This document shows, piece by piece, positions 40,611 through 49,218 of a stretch of DNA of 64,000 nucleotides. Both the position numbers and the translations under genes were made by a program. The stretch's first letter is position 1; every line of letters starts with the position of its first letter. The notes under the pieces were generated by a model. That model did no database searches. It had not been told where the DNA came from and saw only the letters and a list, made by a program, of their open reading frames with translations. The stretch is from IMG/VR virus record IMGVR_UViG_3300035183_000733, positions 62,001 to 126,000 of that record, one strand, 5' to 3'.

Positions 40611-40721
40611 TTATGATATGTATTTGCCGAACATGACCATGTCGTGTCCGTCGTATTTCATATCGTGGTAGGTCTCGTTTAGTTCTCCCACGAATTGTTT
40701 AAATAGCTTGATGTTCTTCAT
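40611..40721 (-). CDS. 36-aa peptide with capsid-targeting-like leader (not in ORF track)
   Basis: MKNIKLFKQFVGELNETYHDMKYDGHDMVMFGKYIS directly after GATATATAA (40725-40733). Confidence 0.55.
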   Translation of the reverse strand: MKNIKLFKQFVGELNETYHDMKYDGHDMVMFGKYIS

Positions 40722-40742
40722 GTCTTATATATCCTCGATTAT

Positions 40743-41198
40743 TTAATCAAGTGAGCCGTAATCGCCGCGGCTCATGGCGGCGCCGAAGTCGCTTATGCCC
40801 TTGTTGTTCATGGTTATGCTTACGCGCTTTGACTTGCCAGGCTCCACGAATTCCGCGAGTTTCTCGAGCCCGGATGCGAGCAGCCTGGTGCTGTTTATGT
40901 AGTTGAGTCTCGAGTCATCTATGCTCCAGATGCAGAGCTTGACCGGGTCCTTCCTGTCGGACCAGTACTTGACCCACTTCTCGAGCTCCGACTTGGCCTC
41001 CTCGAACTTGGCGTAATGGGTCGCGTGCCCGTAGATGTCGGACGGCGTACCCCACTCCATGTCAGGCGCTTTAGCCGCCACCGCGTCTATGAGTTTGAGG
41101 AATTCCTCGGCATCGTACCATTTGTAATCGCCGGTCTTGTACTTCTCTGGGTTCCTCTTCTTGCCCTCCCATAATTGGAAAGTCTTTACGTGCTTCAT
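40743..41198 (-). CDS. Hypothetical protein with capsid-targeting-like leader
   Basis: MKHVKTFQLWEG; AATATATAA upstream. Confidence 0.75.
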   Translation of the reverse strand: MKHVKTFQLWEGKKRNPEKYKTGDYKWYDAEEFLKLIDAVAAKAPDMEWGTPSDIYGHATHYAKFEEAKSELEKWVKYWSDRKDPVKLCIWSIDDSRLNYINSTRLLASGLEKLAEFVEPGKSKRVSITMNNKGISDFGAAMSRGDYGSLD

Positions 41199-41231
41199 TT
41201 GTGCTGGATTAGTTTTTTTATATATTCGACT

Positions 41232-41699
41232 ATGAGACTAATAACGTGGATAAAACTAATAACGTGGATAAAGGGGATTGTTTCGGGCAAAAAGAAGGCC
41301 AAGGCCCTGGTACTGCTCAGAGGAGTGCCCGGTTCTGGCAAATCGACAATGGCCGAGACGCTGTCTGATGGCAAGTACCCGATTCTGGCGGCCGACGACT
41401 ACTTTATGGTTGGCGGCGAGTACAAGTGGGACCGGTTCAAGCTCGGCAAGGCACACGAGGACTGCCAAGGTAGGTGCAGGCGCGCCATGGAAGACGGCAA
41501 GCGGCTCATATTCGTTAGCAACACGTTTATTAAGGTAAGGGACATGAAGGAGTACATCGACATGGCGCAGGAGCACGGATACATGGTGTTCTCTGTCGTG
41601 GTCGAGAACCGCCACGGCGGCAAGGACGTCCACGGCGTCCCAGAAGAAACACTGACGAAGATGGCGGCGGAACTAATGAACAGTATAAAATTGAGATGA
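41232..41699 (+). CDS. P-loop kinase (AAA_33 / polynucleotide-kinase-like)
   Basis: LLRGVPGSGKST, AADDYF, AH..C, VSNTF, HGVP. Confidence 0.85.
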   Translation: MRLITWIKLITWIKGIVSGKKKAKALVLLRGVPGSGKSTMAETLSDGKYPILAADDYFMVGGEYKWDRFKLGKAHEDCQGRCRRAMEDGKRLIFVSNTFIKVRDMKEYIDMAQEHGYMVFSVVVENRHGGKDVHGVPEETLTKMAAELMNSIKLR

Positions 41700-41800
41700 G
41701 TGATCATGCAGAACCTCCGCGAGCTCCAGCTTCGCCCTGTTGCGCAGCCCGGTGGGCAGCTCTTCCATCTTGAAGGCCACCCTCGCCCGAACTTCCCGAC

Positions 41801-42274
41801 ATGGTCGACATGCCCGCCCAGTCGGCGAAGCACATGCACTACAACGAGGCGTACAAGAACAATGGTCCTGAAAGAGTGCAACATGCCAGCGCCAAAAGCA
41901 GCGAGATGTACGAGGCGCGGCTGCACACGGGCAAGGACATAGCGGTGAACAAGATAATGCGCCGCATAAACGACACCACGAGGGGCAAGCTTGGTTCGAA
42001 CGACACTATACAGGTGACCGAGTACAGCAAGCGCTGGACGAAGTGCCTGGCGAAGACGCAGACCGAGATATGCGTGAACACCGCGAAGCTCGACAGGAGC
42101 AACTCCAGCATCACCAACACCATAATACACGAGATGGTGCACTACGTGGACTGGGACACCAACCACCGCTGGGACTACACGCACTACGGGCAGGGGTCCG
42201 AGGATCCGGCGGCATCCGCACCGTACGTGATAGGGATGATAGCGGGGCAACTGACGGAAGAAAACAAGCAGTAA
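41801..42274 (+). CDS. Zinc metalloprotease-like protein (5' end possibly disrupted)
   Basis: NTIIHEMVH...YTH...SAPYVIG. Confidence 0.6.
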   Translation: MVDMPAQSAKHMHYNEAYKNNGPERVQHASAKSSEMYEARLHTGKDIAVNKIMRRINDTTRGKLGSNDTIQVTEYSKRWTKCLAKTQTEICVNTAKLDRSNSSITNTIIHEMVHYVDWDTNHRWDYTHYGQGSEDPAASAPYVIGMIAGQLTEENKQ

Positions 42275-42343
42275 TATGAAAAGAGTAGCGATAGTGGCGC
42301 TGATAATGACGGCGCTGTTTGAAAATTTACTTAAACTGAACTG

Positions 42344-42619
42344 ATGAAATACGCTGAGGTTATAGAGAAGAGGACATGGCACGACGGGCAGTTTCCCGAT
42401 CCGGAGGACGGCAAGCCGTACAAGACGCGCCAGATAGTGTTCAGGACAGACGACGGGAAACGCATACACGTAAACGTCAAGGACAAGAACAAGAACTCGA
42501 TGAAGTTCAATGAGCTTAAGGTTGGCGACAAGATATGTGAGTTCACCATGCTCAAGGGTGGCAACATAATAAATCCCGACTCGAAATTCACAATGTACAG
42601 TAAGAACGCTTTATTCTAA
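42344..42619 (+). CDS. Hypothetical protein
   Basis: 91-aa ORF with phage codon usage. Confidence 0.7.
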   Translation: MKYAEVIEKRTWHDGQFPDPEDGKPYKTRQIVFRTDDGKRIHVNVKDKNKNSMKFNELKVGDKICEFTMLKGGNIINPDSKFTMYSKNALF

Positions 42620-42839
42620 TTAACATGGCATACAAAGTAAACTACTACACCCTTGCTATCATGCAGGACGACAAGATCGGCAACATCAAGCAGGAGACCG
42701 GTCACGTGTTCACAGACAACAAAATCGAGGACATCCCGGCCAAACTCAATGAACACCTGAAACCGAAGAAGAGGGTGGAGTCATAGAGAAGATAGAGGAC
42801 GTCAAGGGCGTTTGCATATAAATTTTAAAACCGACAATA

Positions 42840-43132
42840 ATGAACGAATCAATCAAATCACCCTTATGGTGCAGGGTCTCGAGCACCTACCGAACAAGGA
42901 CATAGCAGGCGAATTCATGGGCGAGCTGCTCATGGGCGCAATCGTCAAGGACGAGGAGGAACGCCAGAAAATGAAGCTCGAGCGCGACAGGCTGCGCGCC
43001 CAGCAGATACGCGAAAAGCAAGCGCTCGTGGAGGATAGCAAGATCCTCCAGGGGAAACTGCTCATGCTGAAGAGGTTCCTGATAGAGAACGACCTGCTCA
43101 AGGAGGTCAACTCCATAATCAACCCGAGATAA
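42840..43132 (+). pseudogene. Coiled-coil hypothetical gene with apparent 1-nt deletion after the start
   Basis: ATG AAC GAA TC AAT CAA ATC: one extra base restores MNE(I)NQITLMVQG; an in-frame ATG follows shortly. Confidence 0.45.
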
Positions 43133-43277
43133 TAAGGTGCGACACGTGCGTACACCTTAGGTTCGAGAACGCGTCAAGCAACCCGGACGTCGGCAGGCCG
43201 TGGCCGGAAGCTTGGTGCGCGCAGGACAAGTGGGGCGGAATGACACCGGAGATGAAGAACATCACAAAGAAACTTAA

Positions 43278-44153
43278 ATGGGAAACGAAATGAAAATAGT
43301 GCACGCACACGTGTACAACCCGGAGAACGCGCTGTTCAAGTCCAGAAGGAACGACAGGGCGGAGTGCCAGATAGTAACGTGCTCGAACTCCGAGAACTGC
43401 GGGCTGTTCAAGCGCGGCGAGTGTGCCACCATAGCCATGCTCGACGCCCGCGACTGCCCGTACGGCAAGAAATCGTACGAGTACGGATTCACAAGGAAGG
43501 CAAGAGGCTTCGGCAAATGGATCTCGGAGCGGAAGGAGAAGTATAAGGACGCGCTCGGCAAGCTGGGATCGTACAAGAAGAAGCTCGCGATAGTCGGGGA
43601 CTACGTGTTCCTACCGTACGCGCACATGAACATGAACATGAACAAGGACCTGCCGGTGTCGAGCCACGGGTCGTTCATGAACAACGGGTCGCACTTCATA
43701 GACATCAAGGCGTTCGACGTGAATCTAATAATGAACATAATAAGGTTCAGACCGCAGGCCTTATTCGGCGGCGAGATAACGTCGTACCAGAAGGAGGTCA
43801 TACCGATGTTCTTGATGCACCTGAAGGAAGAGATGCCCGAGATGTACGCCCTCGTGGTAAAGGAGCACGAGTACGTCGAGAACATAATAAAGAACTTATC
43901 TCCAGTAGGCAGGAAGGCCCTCGTGCACACGCTAAGGCCAGGGACGGTGGTGACCAAGTACCACGACACGACCAAGCTCAGCACGCAGCACTGGACGTGG
44001 GACGGCGAGTACCTCAGTTCGACCGATGCTGGCATGACATTCGCGATAGTAAACTACGATGAGTGCATCATAAAGATGAAGCCAAAGAAGGGTGAGGCGG
44101 TAGTGATAACGAGCGAGGACCAGGTCGATGAAAATACGGAATACGTTGATTAA
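43278..44153 (+). CDS. Hypothetical protein (Cys-containing N-terminus)
   Basis: 291-aa ORF. Confidence 0.8.
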   Translation: MGNEMKIVHAHVYNPENALFKSRRNDRAECQIVTCSNSENCGLFKRGECATIAMLDARDCPYGKKSYEYGFTRKARGFGKWISERKEKYKDALGKLGSYKKKLAIVGDYVFLPYAHMNMNMNKDLPVSSHGSFMNNGSHFIDIKAFDVNLIMNIIRFRPQALFGGEITSYQKEVIPMFLMHLKEEMPEMYALVVKEHEYVENIIKNLSPVGRKALVHTLRPGTVVTKYHDTTKLSTQHWTWDGEYLSSTDAGMTFAIVNYDECIIKMKPKKGEAVVITSEDQVDENTEYVD

Positions 44154-44277
44154 ATGGACATAGACATAGACAGAGGCGTTCTTCTCTGAAAACGAGTCCT
44201 CGACGGTAAATTGGTTGCGGTGGACTACGGAATGAGCAATAAATCACTATATTGAGCACAAATACTAAACTACAGAT

Positions 44278-44967
44278 ATGAACAATAGAGACGAATTCAG
44301 AAAGTATGCCGTCAAACACAGGGGCATCAGTTCAAACACGTTTGATTCCTACACGAAGCACGGCATCAACAGCAGCATAACACCGTACATCATCGAGGAG
44401 CGTCAGCTCAACGTGGCAGAGATGGACGTGTTCTCGCGTCTCATGATGGACCGCATCATCTTCCTCGGAACGGGGATATACGACGAGGTCGCGAACATCA
44501 TACAGGCGCAGCTCCTCTTCCTGCAGTCGCTCGACGGAAAGAAGGACATCCAAATTTACATCAACTCACCAGGCGGCAGCGTATACGCGGGTCTCGGAAT
44601 ATACGACACCATGCAGTACATCACGCCCGACGTAGCGACCATCTGCACCGGGATGGCAGCATCCATGGGAGCGGTACTTATGTGTGCAGGTGCCAGGGGC
44701 AAGCGCTCGGCACTAAAGCACTCGAGGATAATGATACACCAGCCGCTCGGAGGCGCCGAGGGGCAGGCTTCGGACATCGAGATCACCGCCAGAGAGATCC
44801 AGATTCTCAAGAAGGAACTGTACGAGATAATCGCGAACCACTCGGGTCAGACGTACGACAAGGTGTGGACCGACTCGGACCGTGACTACTGGATGACATC
44901 CGGCCAAGCCAAGGAGTACGGAATGATCGATGAGATTCTTATAGCTGACCCTTCTGCTAAGAAGTAA
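44278..44967 (+). CDS. clpP: ATP-dependent Clp protease proteolytic subunit
   Basis: MDVFSRLMMDRIIFLG, YINSPGG, GMAASMG (Ser), MIHQPLGG (His), DRDYWM (Asp). Confidence 0.97.
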   Translation: MNNRDEFRKYAVKHRGISSNTFDSYTKHGINSSITPYIIEERQLNVAEMDVFSRLMMDRIIFLGTGIYDEVANIIQAQLLFLQSLDGKKDIQIYINSPGGSVYAGLGIYDTMQYITPDVATICTGMAASMGAVLMCAGARGKRSALKHSRIMIHQPLGGAEGQASDIEITAREIQILKKELYEIIANHSGQTYDKVWTDSDRDYWMTSGQAKEYGMIDEILIADPSAKK

Positions 44968-45096
44968 TGGGCGGGCCGGACGACTTGATGGATGAGATAC
45001 GCGAGGCAACGAAGGCGGTCGACGGCCTTGTCCTGCTCGACAGATCATCTACGACCACCTTCACCTCGAAAACGAAGAAATAAAAATAAAGCTGAA

Positions 45097-45399
45097 ATGA
45101 AATTAACGAGAGACCAATTCAACAGTTTGGGACCGTTCCACACGGACGACCTCAACATAAATGACGGAGACCAGGACTTCATGTTCCAAGTGTTCAATGA
45201 GCTGCCTGACCATATCCAGGGAGAGGCCGTGAAGTGGGGGTTCCAGGAATCGCTGACGAGAGAAGCCGTGTTTGAGCACCTGGTGAGAACGCTGTACGGC
45301 ATGAGCATCGACGAGTACTATGATAAGAAAGTGTACGAGAGACCGACGCTATCGAACAGGTACGTGCTCGACAAACTAAGGGACAGCGACGGGGAATGA
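45097..45399 (+). CDS. Hypothetical protein
   Basis: Likely start MKLTRDQF. Confidence 0.65.
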   Translation: MKLTRDQFNSLGPFHTDDLNINDGDQDFMFQVFNELPDHIQGEAVKWGFQESLTREAVFEHLVRTLYGMSIDEYYDKKVYERPTLSNRYVLDKLRDSDGE

Positions 45400-46002
45400 G
45401 ATGGATAAGGCGCCTGCTCGGCATAACAGAGCTCGAAGACAGGGGTCAAGAACCTGAACCGACCAAGTGCTCAAGCTGCGCCAGGACTCGACCTCGAGCT
45501 TTACGACAAGGTCATCGAGTACATACGGCAGTGGACGTGACGAAGGTGCGGAACCATGCTCTGCGTGCTCAGCCTCGCGGACTGCATACACGAGTCGACA
45601 AGCTGGAAAACTACGAACAAAAGGTTAAGGAATACGACATGCTCTACATAGGTGGAGCGCCAAAAAGTAATAGCAATGCAATCAAGGAGGGCACAGAGAT
45701 CATCGTTCTTCACCACCACGGTAAAGGACACAAACACGCCGGTCGGGCCCATGACCTTCGACGAATGGAAGACGGTTTTTTCGTACAACGGCGGACCAAG
45801 CCTTAGTACCGGATTGCAGCACATGGAGGATTACAGGACATACCTGCGACAAGCGGCAGTAGAAAACATGATGCAGCACCCGTCCTTGACGACTAATTTT
45901 GTGGAGATAATAATGGAGATAAACGCGGCACGCGACATACCGACGCTCGAGGTAAAGGCCAGGGAGCTCGACGAACTGTCCTCGTACGTATACGCAAATT
46001 GA
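45396..46002 (+). pseudogene. Fragmented hypothetical gene(s)
   Basis: Coding-like segments switch between overlapping frames (45396-45806, 45652-46002). Confidence 0.4.
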
Positions 46003-46019
46003 GAAATTGATAAGGGACG

Positions 46020-46418
46020 ATGACGACGATTGAGAGGGACATGCCCGACGGCCTGGAACCGAGGGTGAACATATTCTACGAGAACTTCCAGGGCTACATG
46101 GACAAGAAGGAGCTGCAGATGGAGTCGGACCTGATAGGGCTGTTCAAGCAGGTGGGCATACACGCCGCGACGAAGACGGACCGCAAGTCGCTCGATCACC
46201 ACGAGTCTATAGAAAAGACGCTGATACTCGAGTCGTGGATACCGGGATGGTTCGAGCACGAGAGGACGTTCAGGGACATCGTGAAGGGGCTGCTCGAGAA
46301 GGACATCACCAAGGTGAGGTTCTACGTGCACATCGAGCCCGTCAAGCTCGATCGGACGTTCTTCCTGATGCCGCTGTACGGCATGAAATACTCATTCAGA
46401 TACTACACACACCGATGA
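46020..46418 (+). CDS. Hypothetical protein
   Basis: 132-aa ORF. Confidence 0.7.
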   Translation: MTTIERDMPDGLEPRVNIFYENFQGYMDKKELQMESDLIGLFKQVGIHAATKTDRKSLDHHESIEKTLILESWIPGWFEHERTFRDIVKGLLEKDITKVRFYVHIEPVKLDRTFFLMPLYGMKYSFRYYTHR

Positions 46419-46801
46419 AAACAATAGACGCAGTAGGAGCAGTAGGAGAGGAAATAGTAATAGGCGCCGAGTACGGGTACTCGAAGAGCCAGAACGGCAT
46501 GACCTGGGTAGTTACCGGGATAGCCACGGCGGCCGAGAACGGGAAGGTCACGCTCGAGAAGATAATCGAGAAGAACTTCACCAGCCTTTACAAGGGCAAC
46601 CAGGACCTGCACAAGATGATACGGCCGAACCGCAGGCGCACGATAGCCTCTGTGCAAGTGTTCAGGATTGCGAGGGACCAGGACAACGGCGCCGTTAAAT
46701 ACGAGAAGCTCAAGTCCGACCTCAAGGAACTGCTCGACATGGATGTGCCGAACAACTTCGAGAACGCCTCAACCAAATTATACCTTGAACTTATTAAGTA
46801 A
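46415..46801 (+). CDS. Hypothetical protein
   Basis: ATGA-coupled start MKTIDAVG. Confidence 0.65.
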   Translation: MKTIDAVGAVGEEIVIGAEYGYSKSQNGMTWVVTGIATAAENGKVTLEKIIEKNFTSLYKGNQDLHKMIRPNRRRTIASVQVFRIARDQDNGAVKYEKLKSDLKELLDMDVPNNFENASTKLYLELIK

Positions 46802-47447
46802 AATACAGCACCTGCACTGGATCGAGGGCAACGGGATAATAATATTCCGAACGAGCATGCTCAGCCCGGCCGAGGAGATCCTCGACGCCCGCAAGGAGTC
46901 GCACAGGGACCTGTCCGCGTGGATGGGATGGGCGCAGGAGTACCCGACCATGGAGAGAGTGGAAGACGACCTGAGAGAGGCGGAGAAGCTCAGGGAGAGC
47001 CGCGCGTCATTCAGGTACGACGTATTCAAGCGCGTCGACAACACGCCGAGGTTCATCGGCAGCGTCGGAATAATACGCGCGCCGTTCAACGCTCACGTGG
47101 CAGAGATAGGGTACTGGATGAGGACGTCGGAGCAAGGCAAGGGTCACACAAAAACCGCGGCAGCTCTGCTCGCGACCGTGCTGAGGCACATGGGAGTGTA
47201 CAGGATAGAGATACGCACCGACGCCGGCAACGAGAAGAGTGTCGGCGTGGCGCGGTCTCTGGAGTTCAACCTCGACGGCATACTGAGGGGAGACCGGATA
47301 ACAATGGATGGACGCATATCGAGCACGTGCGTGTTCTCGGTGATGCCCAACGAAATAATAGCGCACAGGCTCGGTGATGTCAAGTACCGACTCTACTGCA
47401 GCGGAACGCCTGGGATAGACGAGACACATTTGATAACTACATTATGA
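46800..47447 (+). CDS. GNAT acetyltransferase, RimJ/RimL family (start unclear)
   Basis: L.AWM.W, FIGSVGI, AEIGYW, QGKG, N.KS..VA..L.F..DG.LR. Confidence 0.85.
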   Translation, partial: KIQHLHWIEGNGIIIFRTSMLSPAEEILDARKESHRDLSAWMGWAQEYPTMERVEDDLREAEKLRESRASFRYDVFKRVDNTPRFIGSVGIIRAPFNAHVAEIGYWMRTSEQGKGHTKTAAALLATVLRHMGVYRIEIRTDAGNEKSVGVARSLEFNLDGILRGDRITMDGRISSTCVFSVMPNEIIAHRLGDVKYRLYCSGTPGIDETHLITTL

Positions 47448-47587
47448 GGGAGAAGAGAAACATATTCTGGCGCATAGTTGGCGGGATCCTCGTGTTGATG
47501 GGCGTCGCAACTCCCGGTTTGTCGCCTTGGCAGTTGCCAGCTTGCATGGTCGGCGGCATGCTGATCAGTGGAATACTCGACGAATAA
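47444..47587 (+). CDS. Small membrane protein (47 aa)
   Basis: MREKRNIFWRIVGGILVLMGVATPGLSPWQLPACMVGGMLISGILDE; ATGA overlap. Confidence 0.55.
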   Translation: MREKRNIFWRIVGGILVLMGVATPGLSPWQLPACMVGGMLISGILDE

Positions 47588-47609
47588 ATCACGACCGATA
47601 TAAAATAAG

Positions 47610-47636
47610 AAACCCCGAAGTATCCTTCGGGGTTTC
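47610..47636. terminator. Bidirectional terminator
   Basis: AAACCCCGAAG-TATC-CTTCGGGGTTT between convergent units. Confidence 0.8.
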
Positions 47637-47685
47637 GTTATTCCGTGTACTCGTTCAGAGCACCCGTCCTTTACAGGATCATGGA

Positions 47686-49200
47686 TTAGATGATACCTGA
47701 GGTAGGCACCTGGATCGTGAAAGTGAAGTACATTGTCTGTGGGTGGAATCCAGCTGACACGAGGGCGTAGCGAGACTTCACAGCGATCTTCGGAGACATA
47801 GTGCCTTCAGAGATTGTCTGGATAGACTCAGCCATCATGTACGGCATGAACTTCAGACCTGGCTCGTCGTCTGCGCCCTTACGGCCGACAAGTACGCGAG
47901 TGTCAGTCCACTTCATGTTCTGGTCAACGTACACAGTCATACCAGCGAGTGATCCTACTGGGTAGAGAGCACCGTTGTTCTGGCTTGCGGTGTTCGCGAA
48001 CGGAGCTGGCTGGAACTGGCTGATGTCCTGGATCGCCGTAGCAATCTGAGAGTTACATACAACGAAGTTCGCAGGTCCACGACGACCACGGTTTGCTACT
48101 ACGTTAGCGGCAGCAAGTATGCGGCTGAAGATTCTCCTCTGGAACGTCTGGAGGTTCTCGTACGTACCAACCGTAGGCAGAGCCGTAAGGTTGAGGTCGA
48201 GCACCTGTCCTTCAGTTGCAGCGAACTCAGTAGCGTTCTGCGTACCAAGACCGAATGCGGTCACGAGGATGTGTTTGTTGATGTGCTGTGATACATCGTT
48301 AACGAGCGAGTTCTCAACCATCGACACAACGTCGATACCGAACTGCTTGTTAAGGTCTTGTATCTGCTCAGTAGTTACCTGCGCAGCAAGCTGGTAGGTC
48401 TCAGTCTCAACGAACTTGGTGAAAGTCTTGAGGTTAGTCGTCCTGTAGTAGGTAGACTCACCAACTTCACGGGTCATTGGACCAGAGTCGTTAGCATCTG
48501 CGTAAGGACCGGTCCAGTTAGCTGTGTCAGTGTCACCTGCACCAGCGAAACCTTGGATGTGATCTTCGAGCATTGCTACGAGGGCAGCAGCGTTAGTAGC
48601 TGCAACCGGAGCTGCGTCAGTTGTTACTGTCGCGCCAACCACACCAATAACCTGAGCTACAGAGATGGTAGACGGAGTAGATGCACCAACCTTGAAGATT
48701 GGGTAACCGTCGATCCTCGACTTACCAACGAAGGTAAGGGCAAGGGTACCAGCACCTGAAGTTGCGGTGTACGATGTACCGTTAGTCCACGTACCTGTCG
48801 CGTTGAACTTGATCAGGAGTGGCTTATGGTCAGCGTTGTCGATACGTCCACCTGCGTAAACGTAATCGAGGTAGGTGAGAACACCTGTTGGGCCTGGCAT
48901 CGGGATAACCGGAACGATGTCGAAACCTACAGTCTTAGCTGCTACCTGGATAGCGAGCGGAAGAAGTGAAGGGAACTTGTCGCCGGAACCGTTAGCGGAC
49001 CTGGTCGGAGCCAAAGGCTGGCCCATACCGTTAAGCGCGTCGAGAGTGCCGTATCCAGCGTGGATAGCAGACTCATTGAGCGAGTGGTAGTGGCAGTACT
49101 TAGAAAGCCATTCTACTTTGTTCGAGTCTTTGATATTAGTCTTCTCGTTGATAACCGGAGACCAAGTTTCAAAAACCTCTTGTTCGTTGATCATTTTCAT
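47686..49200 (-). CDS. Major capsid protein (T4 gp23-like)
   Basis: WSPVI, DIVPVIPMPGPTG, TTEQIQDL, RRGPANFVV, VG.LAG..VYVD, FMPY, MSPKIAVKSRYAL. Confidence 0.95.
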   Translation of the reverse strand: MKMINEQEVFETWSPVINEKTNIKDSNKVEWLSKYCHYHSLNESAIHAGYGTLDALNGMGQPLAPTRSANGSGDKFPSLLPLAIQVAAKTVGFDIVPVIPMPGPTGVLTYLDYVYAGGRIDNADHKPLLIKFNATGTWTNGTSYTATSGAGTLALTFVGKSRIDGYPIFKVGASTPSTISVAQVIGVVGATVTTDAAPVAATNAAALVAMLEDHIQGFAGAGDTDTANWTGPYADANDSGPMTREVGESTYYRTTNLKTFTKFVETETYQLAAQVTTEQIQDLNKQFGIDVVSMVENSLVNDVSQHINKHILVTAFGLGTQNATEFAATEGQVLDLNLTALPTVGTYENLQTFQRRIFSRILAAANVVANRGRRGPANFVVCNSQIATAIQDISQFQPAPFANTASQNNGALYPVGSLAGMTVYVDQNMKWTDTRVLVGRKGADDEPGLKFMPYMMAESIQTISEGTMSPKIAVKSRYALVSAGFHPQTMYFTFTIQVPTSGII

Positions 49201-49218
49201 GATGCTTGTTTGGTTTTT

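Noticed and set aside
41238-41275. 18-bp tandem duplication at the start of the kinase gene (LITWIK x2)
   Set aside because: Simple in-frame slippage duplication with no sign of function; same for AVTQAE x2 near 57633-57676
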